The translations under genes and the position numbers were made by a program. From the NCBI GenBank assembly GCA_041497675.1, contig JBGQGY010000018.1, forward strand, positions 1-40,713: DNA of 40,713 bases, written 5' to 3'. Under the pieces are notes generated by a model. That model did not search any database. It was given only the letters and a program-made list of their open reading frames with translations, and was not told where the DNA came from. This DNA comes from a bacterium. GTDB taxonomy: Bacteria; Sysuimicrobiota; Sysuimicrobiia; Sysuimicrobiales; Humicultoraceae. Positions 25,039 to 33,563 of this stretch are shown piece after piece (position 1 is the stretch's first letter; each line of letters starts with the position of its first letter).

Positions 25039-27816
25039 ATGGCGTCTCTGCCAGGCGGGACGGTCACCTTCCTTTTCACCGACATCGAAGGATCGACGCG
25101 GCTGCTGGGCCACCTCGGCGACGCACGCGGATCGGCCATTGCCGTCCAGCACCGGCAGTTGCTGCGCGCCCGAATCGCCGCCGGCCAGGGTCTCGAGTAC
25201 CAAAATCAGGGTGACGGCTTTCTGATCGTCTTCGAAAGCGCCCGCGCCGCCTTGCTCACCGCCATCGACATCCAGCGCGCCATTGCCGCACACCCGTGGC
25301 CGCCTGACGTACAACTTCGCGTACGGATGGGGCTGCACACGGCCGAAGTGGTTGTCGCCGGGAACGAATATTACGGTCTGGGCATTCACAAAGCCGCCCG
25401 GATCTGCGCGGCGGGCTGGGGCGAGCAGATCCTGGTGTCTGAAACCGCCGTCTCGGTGTTGGAAAACAACCTGCCGGACGGTGTCACCCTCCGCGATCTC
25501 GGAGCCTACCAACTCAAAGATCTCGAACGGCCCGAGCGGCTGTTTCAAGTGCTACACGCGGATCTGCGCGAGCACTTTCCGAGGCCGAGAACGCTGGACA
25601 GCCTGCCCAACAACCTCCCAAGACAGCTGACGAGTTTCATCGGGCGCGAGCGTGAAATGGCCGAGGTGAAACGCTTGCTCCTCTCTTCCGATCGGCGGCT
25701 GCTGACATTGATCGGTTCGGGTGGCTGCGGGAAAACCCGGCTGGCGACGCAGGTGGCCGCAGAGGTGGCCGATGCGTTTGAAGACGGCGCCTGGCTGGTG
25801 GAACTGGCCCCGCTGTCGGAGCCGTCGCTCATCGCCGAGGCGGTCGCCGACGCCTTGAACGTCCATGAGCAATACGGCCGCCCGATTCGCGCCACGCTCT
25901 TGGCCGAACTCCAGTCGCGGGAACTGCTTCTTGTCATGGACAACTGCGAGCATCTGGTGGCCGACTGCGCCCGGCTGGTCGAGGATCTGCTGCGCCACTG
26001 CGCGCGTCTGAAGATCATCGCGACGAGCCGCGAACCGCTGGGCATTGGGGGCGAGCAACTCTGGCGGGTGCCCTCGCTCTCACTCCCCGAGGTCGATCAC
26101 GCGCCCCTCGAGACGGTGCGGGCGACCGAAGCGGCGCATCTCTTTGTCGACCGCGCACTGGCGGCCAATCCGACATTCCACCTGACCGAATGGAACGCTC
26201 CGACGGTGGCCCGCATCTGCCGCCGGCTCGACGGCATCCCGTTGGCCATTGAACTGGCGGCGGCGCGGGTCAAAGCGCTGTCGGCCGAGCAAATTGCCGC
26301 GCGGCTGGACAATCGGTTCCGTCTGCTCACCGGGGGCGGCCGCACCGCCCTCGCCCGACAGCAGACGCTGCAGGCCCTCATGGACTGGAGCTACGACCTG
26401 TTGGAGCCACCTGAACGCACGCTGCTCGGACGGTTGTCGGTCTTCGCGGGCGGCCTGACCCTGGAGGCGGTGGAAGCCGTCTGCGCCGGTGAGGGCGTCG
26501 ACGGGACCGACCTCCTCGATCTCGTCACGTCGCTGGTAAACAAGTCACTGGTGATGGCCGCGATCAACGAAGGGGCGACGGCAGAGGCACGATATTGGCT
26601 GCTGGAGACGGTCCGACAATACGGGGCGGACAAACTCCGAGGGCAGGGCTCAGAGGTGATCTGGCACGACCGGCACCGCGACCACTTCCTCGCGCTCGCC
26701 GAACGCGCGGAGCCGGAACTGCACGGGCCCGATCAGGCCGCGTGGCTGGCCCGGCTGGAGACCGAACTGGATAACCTGCGCGCGGCGATGGAGTGGTGCA
26801 AGCGATCCGCGCACACGCAGGGATGGCTGCGTTTCGCCGGCGCCCTCTGGTGGTTCTGGGACATGCGTGGGTCTCTGCACGAAGGGCGCGAATGGCTCGA
26901 AGGCGCGCTGGCCGCCGACGACAGCGGCACGCCCGCGCGCGCCAAGGCCCTCTATGGGGCCGCGGCCCTGGCCTGGCACCAGGGCAACCTCGAACGAGCG
27001 GTCGTGCTAGCCAATGAAGCCGTGGCGCTCTGCCGCGCACTGGGGGACCAACACGGGATCGCCTATGCCCTGGGCATCCTCGGCCTCGTGCCGCTCCTGC
27101 AAGGCGAATACGAGCGCGCGGCGCAGATATTCGAAGAGAGCCTGACCATCTGGCGCGACAAGGGACAACCCTGGGAGCAGGCTGCCGTGCTGACGCTGCT
27201 TGGCCAGACTGCATACTCGCAGGCGGATTTCCGTCGGGCGGTCGCGCTGTGCGAGGAAGCGCTTACGCTGGCCCGTCGCGCGGGTGACCGGTGGGGGATC
27301 GCCTGGGCGTTGACGCATCTGGCCAACGCGGTGACCGGGCTCGGGCAGGAGGGACGCGCCGCCGAACTGATCGAGGAGAGCATCGAGCTCTCGCGCGCGA
27401 TGAAGAACAGACCCCTGCTGGCGTGGTCGCTGCACACCTTGAGCCGGATCGTCATGAAGCAGGCCGACCTGGAGCGCGCAAAGACGCTGCTCCGTGAATC
27501 ACTGACACTGAGATGGGAGCAAGGCGAAACCTGGGGCATCGCCGAGTGCCTTGAAGGGTTTGCCTATCTCGCGGTGGCGGAACACGATCATAGACGCGGC
27601 GTCTGCCTGTTTGGAACCGCAGCCGGTCTCCGCCAGGCCATCGGATTTCCGTTGGCGATCGCGGACAGGCGCATGTGGGAGGGCACGCTCATCGCCTGCC
27701 GGCAGGCGATCGGCGACGATGCCCACGCGGCGGCCTGGGCGGACGGTCAGCGCATGACGCTCAACGAGGTTGTGTCTGTGGCCCTCGAACGTCAAATCCA
27801 ACGCACCATCTTATGA
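25039..27816 (+). CDS. class III cyclase-like domain + STAND (NB-ARC-like) ATPase + TPR repeats
   Basis: TFLFTDIEGST, GDGF, RMGLHT; FIGRERE, Walker A GSGGCGKT, Walker B LLVMDNCEH, TSRE, LDGIPLAIELAAAR; C-terminal helical repeats. Confidence 0.93.
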   Translation: MASLPGGTVTFLFTDIEGSTRLLGHLGDARGSAIAVQHRQLLRARIAAGQGLEYQNQGDGFLIVFESARAALLTAIDIQRAIAAHPWPPDVQLRVRMGLHTAEVVVAGNEYYGLGIHKAARICAAGWGEQILVSETAVSVLENNLPDGVTLRDLGAYQLKDLERPERLFQVLHADLREHFPRPRTLDSLPNNLPRQLTSFIGREREMAEVKRLLLSSDRRLLTLIGSGGCGKTRLATQVAAEVADAFEDGAWLVELAPLSEPSLIAEAVADALNVHEQYGRPIRATLLAELQSRELLLVMDNCEHLVADCARLVEDLLRHCARLKIIATSREPLGIGGEQLWRVPSLSLPEVDHAPLETVRATEAAHLFVDRALAANPTFHLTEWNAPTVARICRRLDGIPLAIELAAARVKALSAEQIAARLDNRFRLLTGGGRTALARQQTLQALMDWSYDLLEPPERTLLGRLSVFAGGLTLEAVEAVCAGEGVDGTDLLDLVTSLVNKSLVMAAINEGATAEARYWLLETVRQYGADKLRGQGSEVIWHDRHRDHFLALAERAEPELHGPDQAAWLARLETELDNLRAAMEWCKRSAHTQGWLRFAGALWWFWDMRGSLHEGREWLEGALAADDSGTPARAKALYGAAALAWHQGNLERAVVLANEAVALCRALGDQHGIAYALGILGLVPLLQGEYERAAQIFEESLTIWRDKGQPWEQAAVLTLLGQTAYSQADFRRAVALCEEALTLARRAGDRWGIAWALTHLANAVTGLGQEGRAAELIEESIELSRAMKNRPLLAWSLHTLSRIVMKQADLERAKTLLRESLTLRWEQGETWGIAECLEGFAYLAVAEHDHRRGVCLFGTAAGLRQAIGFPLAIADRRMWEGTLIACRQAIGDDAHAAAWADGQRMTLNEVVSVALERQIQRTIL

Positions 27817-28497
27817 GATCCCTTCGCCGAGTCGCGTGGGGTCGCGGATGACCATCCTCTTGCCCCGCACTTCGATCACCCCCTGGGCGCGCAGCGAGGC
27901 CAGCGCACGGTTGACCCGCTCGCGGGTGGCGCCGACCATCGTGGCCAACTCGCCCTGCGTGACCTCAGCGTTGATCAGGACACCTCCGGCTTCCTTGAGG
28001 CCATAGCGGCGCGCGAGATCCACCAGGACGTGTCTGACCCGCGCATGGACATCGAGGAACGCGAGCGTTTCGGCGTGGTGCATGAGCTTGCGCAGTCGGG
28101 CACTTAACAACTCCAACAGGGCGCTGGCCATCTCCGGGGACCGTGACAGTTGGGTCTGAAAGTCGGGACGCGCCAGCGTAAACGTCACGCAGTCTTCCTC
28201 GGCGAACGCGCTGGCCGACCTCGGCAGACCATCAAGCAGCGCCATTTCGCCGAAAAAATCGCCGCGACCAAGTGTATCGACCGTGAACTCTTGTCCATCT
28301 TCGGCCGAGCGAAACATCCTGACGCGCCCCGACTCAATGACATAGAGGGCATCGCCGGCCTGATCCTGATGGAAGATGATAGTTTCCTTGCGGAAGGTGC
28401 GTCGACGTAGGTGCGCGGCGAGACCCGCCAGCGCGTCCTCGTTCAGATCCGCGAACAGTGAAACCCGCCGCAGCAAGCTCACGGGATCTGGGGCCAC
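27811..28497 (-). CDS. Crp/Fnr family transcriptional regulator
   Basis: cNMP-binding GEMALLDGLPRSASA and HTH TQGELATMVGATRERVNRAL. Confidence 0.94.
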   Translation of the reverse strand: MAPDPVSLLRRVSLFADLNEDALAGLAAHLRRRTFRKETIIFHQDQAGDALYVIESGRVRMFRSAEDGQEFTVDTLGRGDFFGEMALLDGLPRSASAFAEEDCVTFTLARPDFQTQLSRSPEMASALLELLSARLRKLMHHAETLAFLDVHARVRHVLVDLARRYGLKEAGGVLINAEVTQGELATMVGATRERVNRALASLRAQGVIEVRGKRMVIRDPTRLGEGIS

Positions 28498-28521
28498 GGT
28501 GGAATCCCTTCTGGCCTATCG

Positions 28522-28527
28522 TATAAT
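28522..28527 (+). promoter_or_regulatory. -10 box, probable leaderless promoter of the HAD gene
   Basis: Perfect TATAAT 7 nt upstream of GTG 28535; no Shine-Dalgarno. Confidence 0.6.
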
Positions 28528-28534
28528 CCCCTGC

Positions 28535-29266
28535 GTGACCCATTCTCCGCTCACCGCGGTGATCTTCGATCTCGGCGGCACGTTGGTCTATCCGACGACG
28601 ACGTCACGCGACAACGCCCTGCACCTGCAGGCGTGGCTTGAGGCGCGAGGGCTGCCGCGTGACCTCGACGCGGCTATTCGGGATGCCCGCCGCTGGATGT
28701 GGGAGATGACTCAGGCGACCGGCCGGCAATATACGATCCAGGAAGCCATCCGCCGGGCATTCGAGCAGGTGAACCTGCCGGCACCGGAACAGACCTTCGT
28801 CGAAGAAGCGGAGCGCGTCTTTTTCCACCCGGAGTTGACGGGGTATCGTCCCTTTCCGGGGGCCCTGCGTCTCTTGCGGCGCCTGGCCGCAACGCGTGTG
28901 CGGGCGGGCTGCATTTCCAACGCATCATCCCACTGGCTGATCGAACGGATCGTGGATCAACTGGGCTTCCAACCCTACCTGGACGTGGTGGTGTCGTCAG
29001 CAGGGTACGGGCGAGTCAAACCCGACCCCGGCATCTTTCGCGCCGTGCTCAACCGTTGGAACGTCCCGCCCGCGCGGGCGGCGATGGTCGGGGACACCCT
29101 GGAGGCTGATATCGCGGGCGGCCGCGGGCTGGGGATGAGGACGCTGTATGTCACTATGGCGCCCAACCCCGACAATGTTCACCACAGTCATATCATTGCG
29201 GATGCTGAGGCCGCCTCACTGGCCTCGGCCGAGCGTATTCTGCTGGGTTGGATGATGCGGGACTAA
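28535..29266 (+). CDS. HAD-superfamily hydrolase
   Basis: FDLGGTL (motif I), ISN, KPDPGIF, MVGDTLEADIAGGRGLGM. Confidence 0.9.
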   Translation: MTHSPLTAVIFDLGGTLVYPTTTSRDNALHLQAWLEARGLPRDLDAAIRDARRWMWEMTQATGRQYTIQEAIRRAFEQVNLPAPEQTFVEEAERVFFHPELTGYRPFPGALRLLRRLAATRVRAGCISNASSHWLIERIVDQLGFQPYLDVVVSSAGYGRVKPDPGIFRAVLNRWNVPPARAAMVGDTLEADIAGGRGLGMRTLYVTMAPNPDNVHHSHIIADAEAASLASAERILLGWMMRD

Positions 29267-29333
29267 ACGACGCCTGATTTGGACATTAGTATATGGTGGG
29301 AGCCGAAGGGGACTACATCTCAAGGAGGGTCGC

Positions 29334-30026
29334 ATGCGTAGTGTGACCGTAATCCTGGCAGTCATTGCCCTCGTCGCCGCCTCTAGCTTGCCGGCCGCAG
29401 CGCAGAACTTTCAGACCACCGTACAGATTCGGTATTGGGGAGCCGGCATCAATTTCGGCAACCCTTCTCCGCCGACCGCCACCAACTCCGGCAGCGGGTG
29501 GGGCGGCACGCTGCGCCTCGATGAGACCGCGCGACCGTGGTCGTTCAGCGCCCGGTACGACTCGATCAGCGCGACGATCTCGGCCTGGCCGTGGGACAGC
29601 GCCTCAGTCTGGGACGCGAACGTCCACTATCGGTTCGGTCCCAACTCCAACACGTACTTGGGCGTCTTTGCCGGATATGGCGGGGTAAGGGTCAGCTCGA
29701 TGCCGACACCGGGGCAAAACGGCTCCGCAGCGGGCTTCCGGATCGGGGCGGAGTTTCTCAATCGCCAGCCGAGCGGTCTCTACTTCGCCGGCGACATGGC
29801 GTACGGTCCATCCTGGTCCTCGAGTTTCCCAGGCTTTCCGGCATTAGCGGCCGGCAACACCTGGGATAGCCGGGTCGCCGTAGGCTACGAGTTCATGGGC
29901 GGCTGGGGGGTTGAGGTCGGCTACCGGCAGTTCCGGTGGCAGATTCCCACCAGCCCCGGATGCACGACGCCCGGGTGTGAGTACCGCTTTGACGGCATCA
30001 CCGCTGCGCTGACCTTCCGGCGCTAG
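29334..30026 (+). CDS. exported protein, probable outer-membrane beta-barrel
   Basis: Signal peptide ending AAA-Q, alternating aromatic/Gly amphipathic strands (GWGVEVGYRQF, FDGITAALTF); AGGAGG RBS. Confidence 0.7.
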   Translation: MRSVTVILAVIALVAASSLPAAAQNFQTTVQIRYWGAGINFGNPSPPTATNSGSGWGGTLRLDETARPWSFSARYDSISATISAWPWDSASVWDANVHYRFGPNSNTYLGVFAGYGGVRVSSMPTPGQNGSAAGFRIGAEFLNRQPSGLYFAGDMAYGPSWSSSFPGFPALAAGNTWDSRVAVGYEFMGGWGVEVGYRQFRWQIPTSPGCTTPGCEYRFDGITAALTFRR

Positions 30027-30031
30027 TTCGG

Positions 30032-30502
30032 TCACGCGCGACCGGCGTCACCGGAGGCGGCGCCTGCGGCATCGATGAGATGTTGTAGCGCCGCTTCCGT
30101 CTTTCCCAGCAGATCGTCGCGAACGAGCAGGTGATCATAGTGAAAGGAAGACAGCACGCCCACGGGCACGCCGGCGTCAGCCAGCGCGCGTGTCACTGCG
30201 GCCAGGTATCCAATGACCTGCCAGTCGAGGCGCACCTCGAGCGTGATGAGCCGGTACCCCGCCTCCACCTCTGCGTCTCGAAAGGCGCTGCGCACCCTAG
30301 TCCACTCGTCAGTGGCCACCACCACCGTCAGTTCATCCGCGCCGATCTGTACGAAGAACGGTGCGTGCAGATCGCCCAACGTCTTGCGAACGGTGGACTC
30401 GAACCGGACGGGCACGGACGCGATCACAAACGTCCGGGGATCGACGCGGACTCGTGTCTGTGCGAGCAGGTGCGCCAGGTCCGTGGACGATGAAGAGGAC
30501 AC
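30032..30502 (-). CDS. ACT-domain protein (CASTOR/ACT_7-like)
   Basis: DELTVVV, YRLITLEV.LDW..IGYLAAVTRALADAGVPV..LSSFHYDHLLV. Start estimated at GTG 30502. Confidence 0.8.
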   Translation of the reverse strand: MSSSSSTDLAHLLAQTRVRVDPRTFVIASVPVRFESTVRKTLGDLHAPFFVQIGADELTVVVATDEWTRVRSAFRDAEVEAGYRLITLEVRLDWQVIGYLAAVTRALADAGVPVGVLSSFHYDHLLVRDDLLGKTEAALQHLIDAAGAASGDAGRA

Positions 30503-30528
30503 GTCGGTCGCATGCCGATCGCGAGAGC

Positions 30529-31707
30529 TCAGCAACCGGCGCTTAGGGCCTGATCGAAGTCGGCGATCAGATCGTCGATATCCTCGATGCCGACCGAGAC
30601 ACGAATCAGACCGTCGGTGATGCCCGCGCGCTCGCGGTGCTCCTTCGGAATATCTACGCTCGTGGTTGACGCCGGGTGCGTGACGAGCGTTTCCGTGCCA
30701 CCGAGGCTGACCGCCATCTGGCCGACGCGCAGCGACTCGACACACCGGACGCCGGCCTCATATCCTCCCCTGACTTCAAACGACAACATGCCCCCGAAAC
30801 CCCGCATCTGGCGCTGTGCGATGGCGTACCCGGGATCGGACTGCAGCCCCGGATAGTTGACGCGCGCGACACGCGGGTCCGCCGCCAGAAACTCGGCCAT
30901 CCGCCGTGCGTTGTGATTGTGGCGCTCGACACGCAGGCCCAACGTCTTGAGCCCGCGCAGCAGCAGCCAGGCGGCGAACGGATCGAGCACCGGGCCATAG
31001 ATCCGCAGAAAGTGCCTGGCCCGCGCGACCAGATCGGCGCGGCCGGCAATCACGCCCGCCGAGACGTCCGCGTGACCGCCAAGGTACTTGGTCGCGCTGT
31101 GCGCCACCAGGTCGACCCCGAGCGCGCAGGGTCTCGTGTTGTACGGCGAGGCAAAGGTGCTGTCGGCGATCGTGACCGCGCCCAGACGGCGGGCGAGCGT
31201 CACGACGGCGGCGATGTCGGTGACCTGGATCAGTGGGTTGTTCGGCGTCTCGATGTAGAGGAGCCGGGTGCCGGGCCGCGCCGCGCGTTCATAGGCGGCG
31301 ATGTCGATGGAATCGATGAGCGTGACCTCCACGCCTTGCTTCGGTAGGATCTCGTGGAAGATCTGGAACGTGGCTTGATAGACGGCGCGGGGCGAGACGA
31401 CGTGCGTGCCGGGGTCGGCGACCGCCAGAATGGCCATGGCCATCGCCCCCATCCCGGAGGCGGTGGCGAGGGCATCGTCGGCCTCTTCGAGCAGCGCCAT
31501 GCGCTCCTCGAACAGCCGCGTGGTCGGGTTGCCCCACCGCGTGTAGTACCAACCGGTGCCGCCGTCCTTGCCGAGCAGGGCGCCGTCGGCGACCGAGTCA
31601 TACGAGAACGTCGACGTCTGGTAGATCGGGTGGCTGATCGACTTGAGCGGATCCCGCACGGTGCCGCCGTGAATCGCGCGGGTATGAAAACCTCGCGTAT
31701 CCTTCAT
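30529..31707 (-). CDS. PLP-dependent trans-sulfuration enzyme (methionine gamma-lyase / cystathionine gamma-synthase/lyase family)
   Basis: PIYQTSTF, YTRWGNPT, SGMGA, ETPNNP, HSATKYLGGHAD (PLP Lys), SLGG.ETL..HP, RVSVGIED. Confidence 0.95.
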   Translation of the reverse strand: MKDTRGFHTRAIHGGTVRDPLKSISHPIYQTSTFSYDSVADGALLGKDGGTGWYYTRWGNPTTRLFEERMALLEEADDALATASGMGAMAMAILAVADPGTHVVSPRAVYQATFQIFHEILPKQGVEVTLIDSIDIAAYERAARPGTRLLYIETPNNPLIQVTDIAAVVTLARRLGAVTIADSTFASPYNTRPCALGVDLVAHSATKYLGGHADVSAGVIAGRADLVARARHFLRIYGPVLDPFAAWLLLRGLKTLGLRVERHNHNARRMAEFLAADPRVARVNYPGLQSDPGYAIAQRQMRGFGGMLSFEVRGGYEAGVRCVESLRVGQMAVSLGGTETLVTHPASTTSVDIPKEHRERAGITDGLIRVSVGIEDIDDLIADFDQALSAGC

Positions 31708-31839
31708 CGTTCATCCTCCGAAAGCGTAGACGATATCCCCGTCGCTCCTCGTATCCTACTCTGGGAGTATCGCCAGTTCATAGGGCTTGGCATCATTTCC
31801 ATCGAAACCAGGACCAGACCGTGAGAGGGAGTGACGCCG

Positions 31840-32562
31840 ATGCGCTGGCTGACTGCGTTCAGTGTCCTTTTGGTATTCCTCCTCAACACGGATGCTCCCG
31901 CCCAGATCCGTTCAAACACCGTCGACCACTTAGGATTCAACGTCACGGCGGCACCTTTGGATGTTCTGCTGCTGCGCCAGGCGATTACATCCGCGATCGA
32001 TCGTCGGGCGCTCTATGAAGCGACCAAAGCCAGGCTGCCCGCTGCGACCCCCGCCTCAGGGCCTGCCGGCGGGTGGTTTCCTCCCTCGCTTCCCCAGCAC
32101 GACCCGGAGGTGCGGAGTCATCCCTACGACGTAGCCGTCGCCAAGAGCCTGCTGGGTCAGGCGGGATTTCCGGAGGGGCAAGGGCTCACAGAACTCGAGG
32201 TGCTCTACAATCAGGGCGCACCCGTTGGCGCCTTTCGCGCCGCCGAGGGTGCGATGATCAGAGCGCAACTGGCGTCGATAGGTATTCGGGTGAAGCTTCC
32301 TGGCCAGGGGCGCCAGGGACAGTTCCAGGCGTTCCTGTTGGGGCGCGTTGTGCTGCCAAACGACGATTTCTTGAGCCGGACCTTCCTCCCGGGCGGGCCG
32401 ACCAACGCCTTCGGCTACAGGAGTCCGGAGGTCGCGGTGCTGATCGCGAGTGCTCTGAAAGAAACAGACGTTACAAAACGGATCGCCATGTTGCGAGAGG
32501 CGGAACGCCTGGTTCTGAGCGACGCCCCCGTGGTGCCGCTGATGTATTTGTACGCGCCGTGA
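31840..32562 (+). CDS. short exported protein matching only the C-terminal part of family 5 (peptide/nickel) ABC substrate-binding proteins
   Basis: Signal-like N-terminus, then LRQAITSAIDR, YDVAVAKSLLGQAGFPEG, QLASIGIRVKL, N..GYRSPEV, AERLVLSDAPVVPL. Start is GTG 31831 or ATG 31840. Confidence 0.75.
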   Translation: MRWLTAFSVLLVFLLNTDAPAQIRSNTVDHLGFNVTAAPLDVLLLRQAITSAIDRRALYEATKARLPAATPASGPAGGWFPPSLPQHDPEVRSHPYDVAVAKSLLGQAGFPEGQGLTELEVLYNQGAPVGAFRAAEGAMIRAQLASIGIRVKLPGQGRQGQFQAFLLGRVVLPNDDFLSRTFLPGGPTNAFGYRSPEVAVLIASALKETDVTKRIAMLREAERLVLSDAPVVPLMYLYAP

Positions 32563-32612
32563 TCACGTGGACGGTCGTCCCGGCCGGCTCAACTCGGCCA
32601 ACGAAGCCTTTG

Positions 32613-33515
32613 TTAAAGAGATCGCGCCGTTGGCCTGATCTCCGCGATCACAATCCCTAGTAAGATCAGCACCGCGCCAAGTGCCTGACGGGCGGTCAGC
32701 GCTTCGCCGAGCATAGCGTAGGCCAGCAGCGCAGCGGCGACGGGCTCGAAGGTGAACATCAAGCCGGTGTGTGACGGCGTCGTGAATCGCTGGGCCCATG
32801 ATTGGACGAGCAGCGCGCCGGCAGATGCCGTGACGGCCATGAAGGCGATGGCGGCCCAGATTCCAAGACCCGCCGACGCGATCGCCGCGCCCGGGTGCTC
32901 GGTCAGCGCGCCGATGGCGCCGAGCACCGCGACCGGGATCGCCTGCGCGACCGCGAACACACGGTGGTCGAGCGCCGGAGCCAACCGTCCCACCAGCACG
33001 ATGTGGACGGCAAAGCAGACGGCGCACGCCAGGACGAGCAGATCTCCCATCCGCACCGCCATTGGTCCTTCCAGCGCGAGGAGCCCGAGGCCGACCGTCG
33101 CGGCGGCAATGCCGGCCAACACCAGCGGCCGCGGCACGCGGCGCAGCCATAGGCCGGAGATGACAGGAACCATAATGACCGACGTGCCGGTGATGAATCC
33201 GGCCTGTGAGGCCGTGGTCACTCGCAGCCCGAGCACCTGGAACGCGTAGCCGAAGAAAAACACCACGCCGACGGCCAGCGCCTGCGTCCAGAGCGGGCCC
33301 AGGGACATCGAAGCCGCGGCTGATTCCCCGCGCGGCTTCGATGAGAGCAGTAGCAGCGCAATACTGGCCAGGGAAAACCGCATCGTCAAGTAGGTGAATG
33401 GAGGCAAAGCGGTGAGAACAATTTTCCCCAGCGGAAACGTTAACCCCCAGGCCGCTGCCACCGCCAGTAGCGCGGCATCGGCCGCGAGGCGACGGGTGTT
33501 CTGGGGAGCACCCAT
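32613..33515 (-). CDS. DMT/EamA family transporter
   Basis: AWGLTF, RF.LA, FQ..GL..TTASQAGFITG, GDLLVL.CA, Q.WAQ, FEPV. Alternative starts at 33524 and 33527. Confidence 0.92.
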   Translation of the reverse strand: MGAPQNTRRLAADAALLAVAAAWGLTFPLGKIVLTALPPFTYLTMRFSLASIALLLLSSKPRGESAAASMSLGPLWTQALAVGVVFFFGYAFQVLGLRVTTASQAGFITGTSVIMVPVISGLWLRRVPRPLVLAGIAAATVGLGLLALEGPMAVRMGDLLVLACAVCFAVHIVLVGRLAPALDHRVFAVAQAIPVAVLGAIGALTEHPGAAIASAGLGIWAAIAFMAVTASAGALLVQSWAQRFTTPSHTGLMFTFEPVAAALLAYAMLGEALTARQALGAVLILLGIVIAEIRPTARSL

Positions 33516-33563
33516 GGCGCCCATCATAGCAGGGCGCGCGAAGGCACGGAGGAAGTAGTTGAC

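Noticed and set aside
25039..27816. STAND protein as an Avs-type anti-phage system
   Set aside because: The architecture matches widespread cyclase-ATPase-TPR signalling proteins, has no nuclease, TIR or SIR2 effector, and is not in a defence-island context.
31708..31830. SAM riboswitch upstream of the trans-sulfuration gene
   Set aside because: No recognisable SAM-I core (AUC-AGAG, GCAACC, GUGC) on the minus strand.
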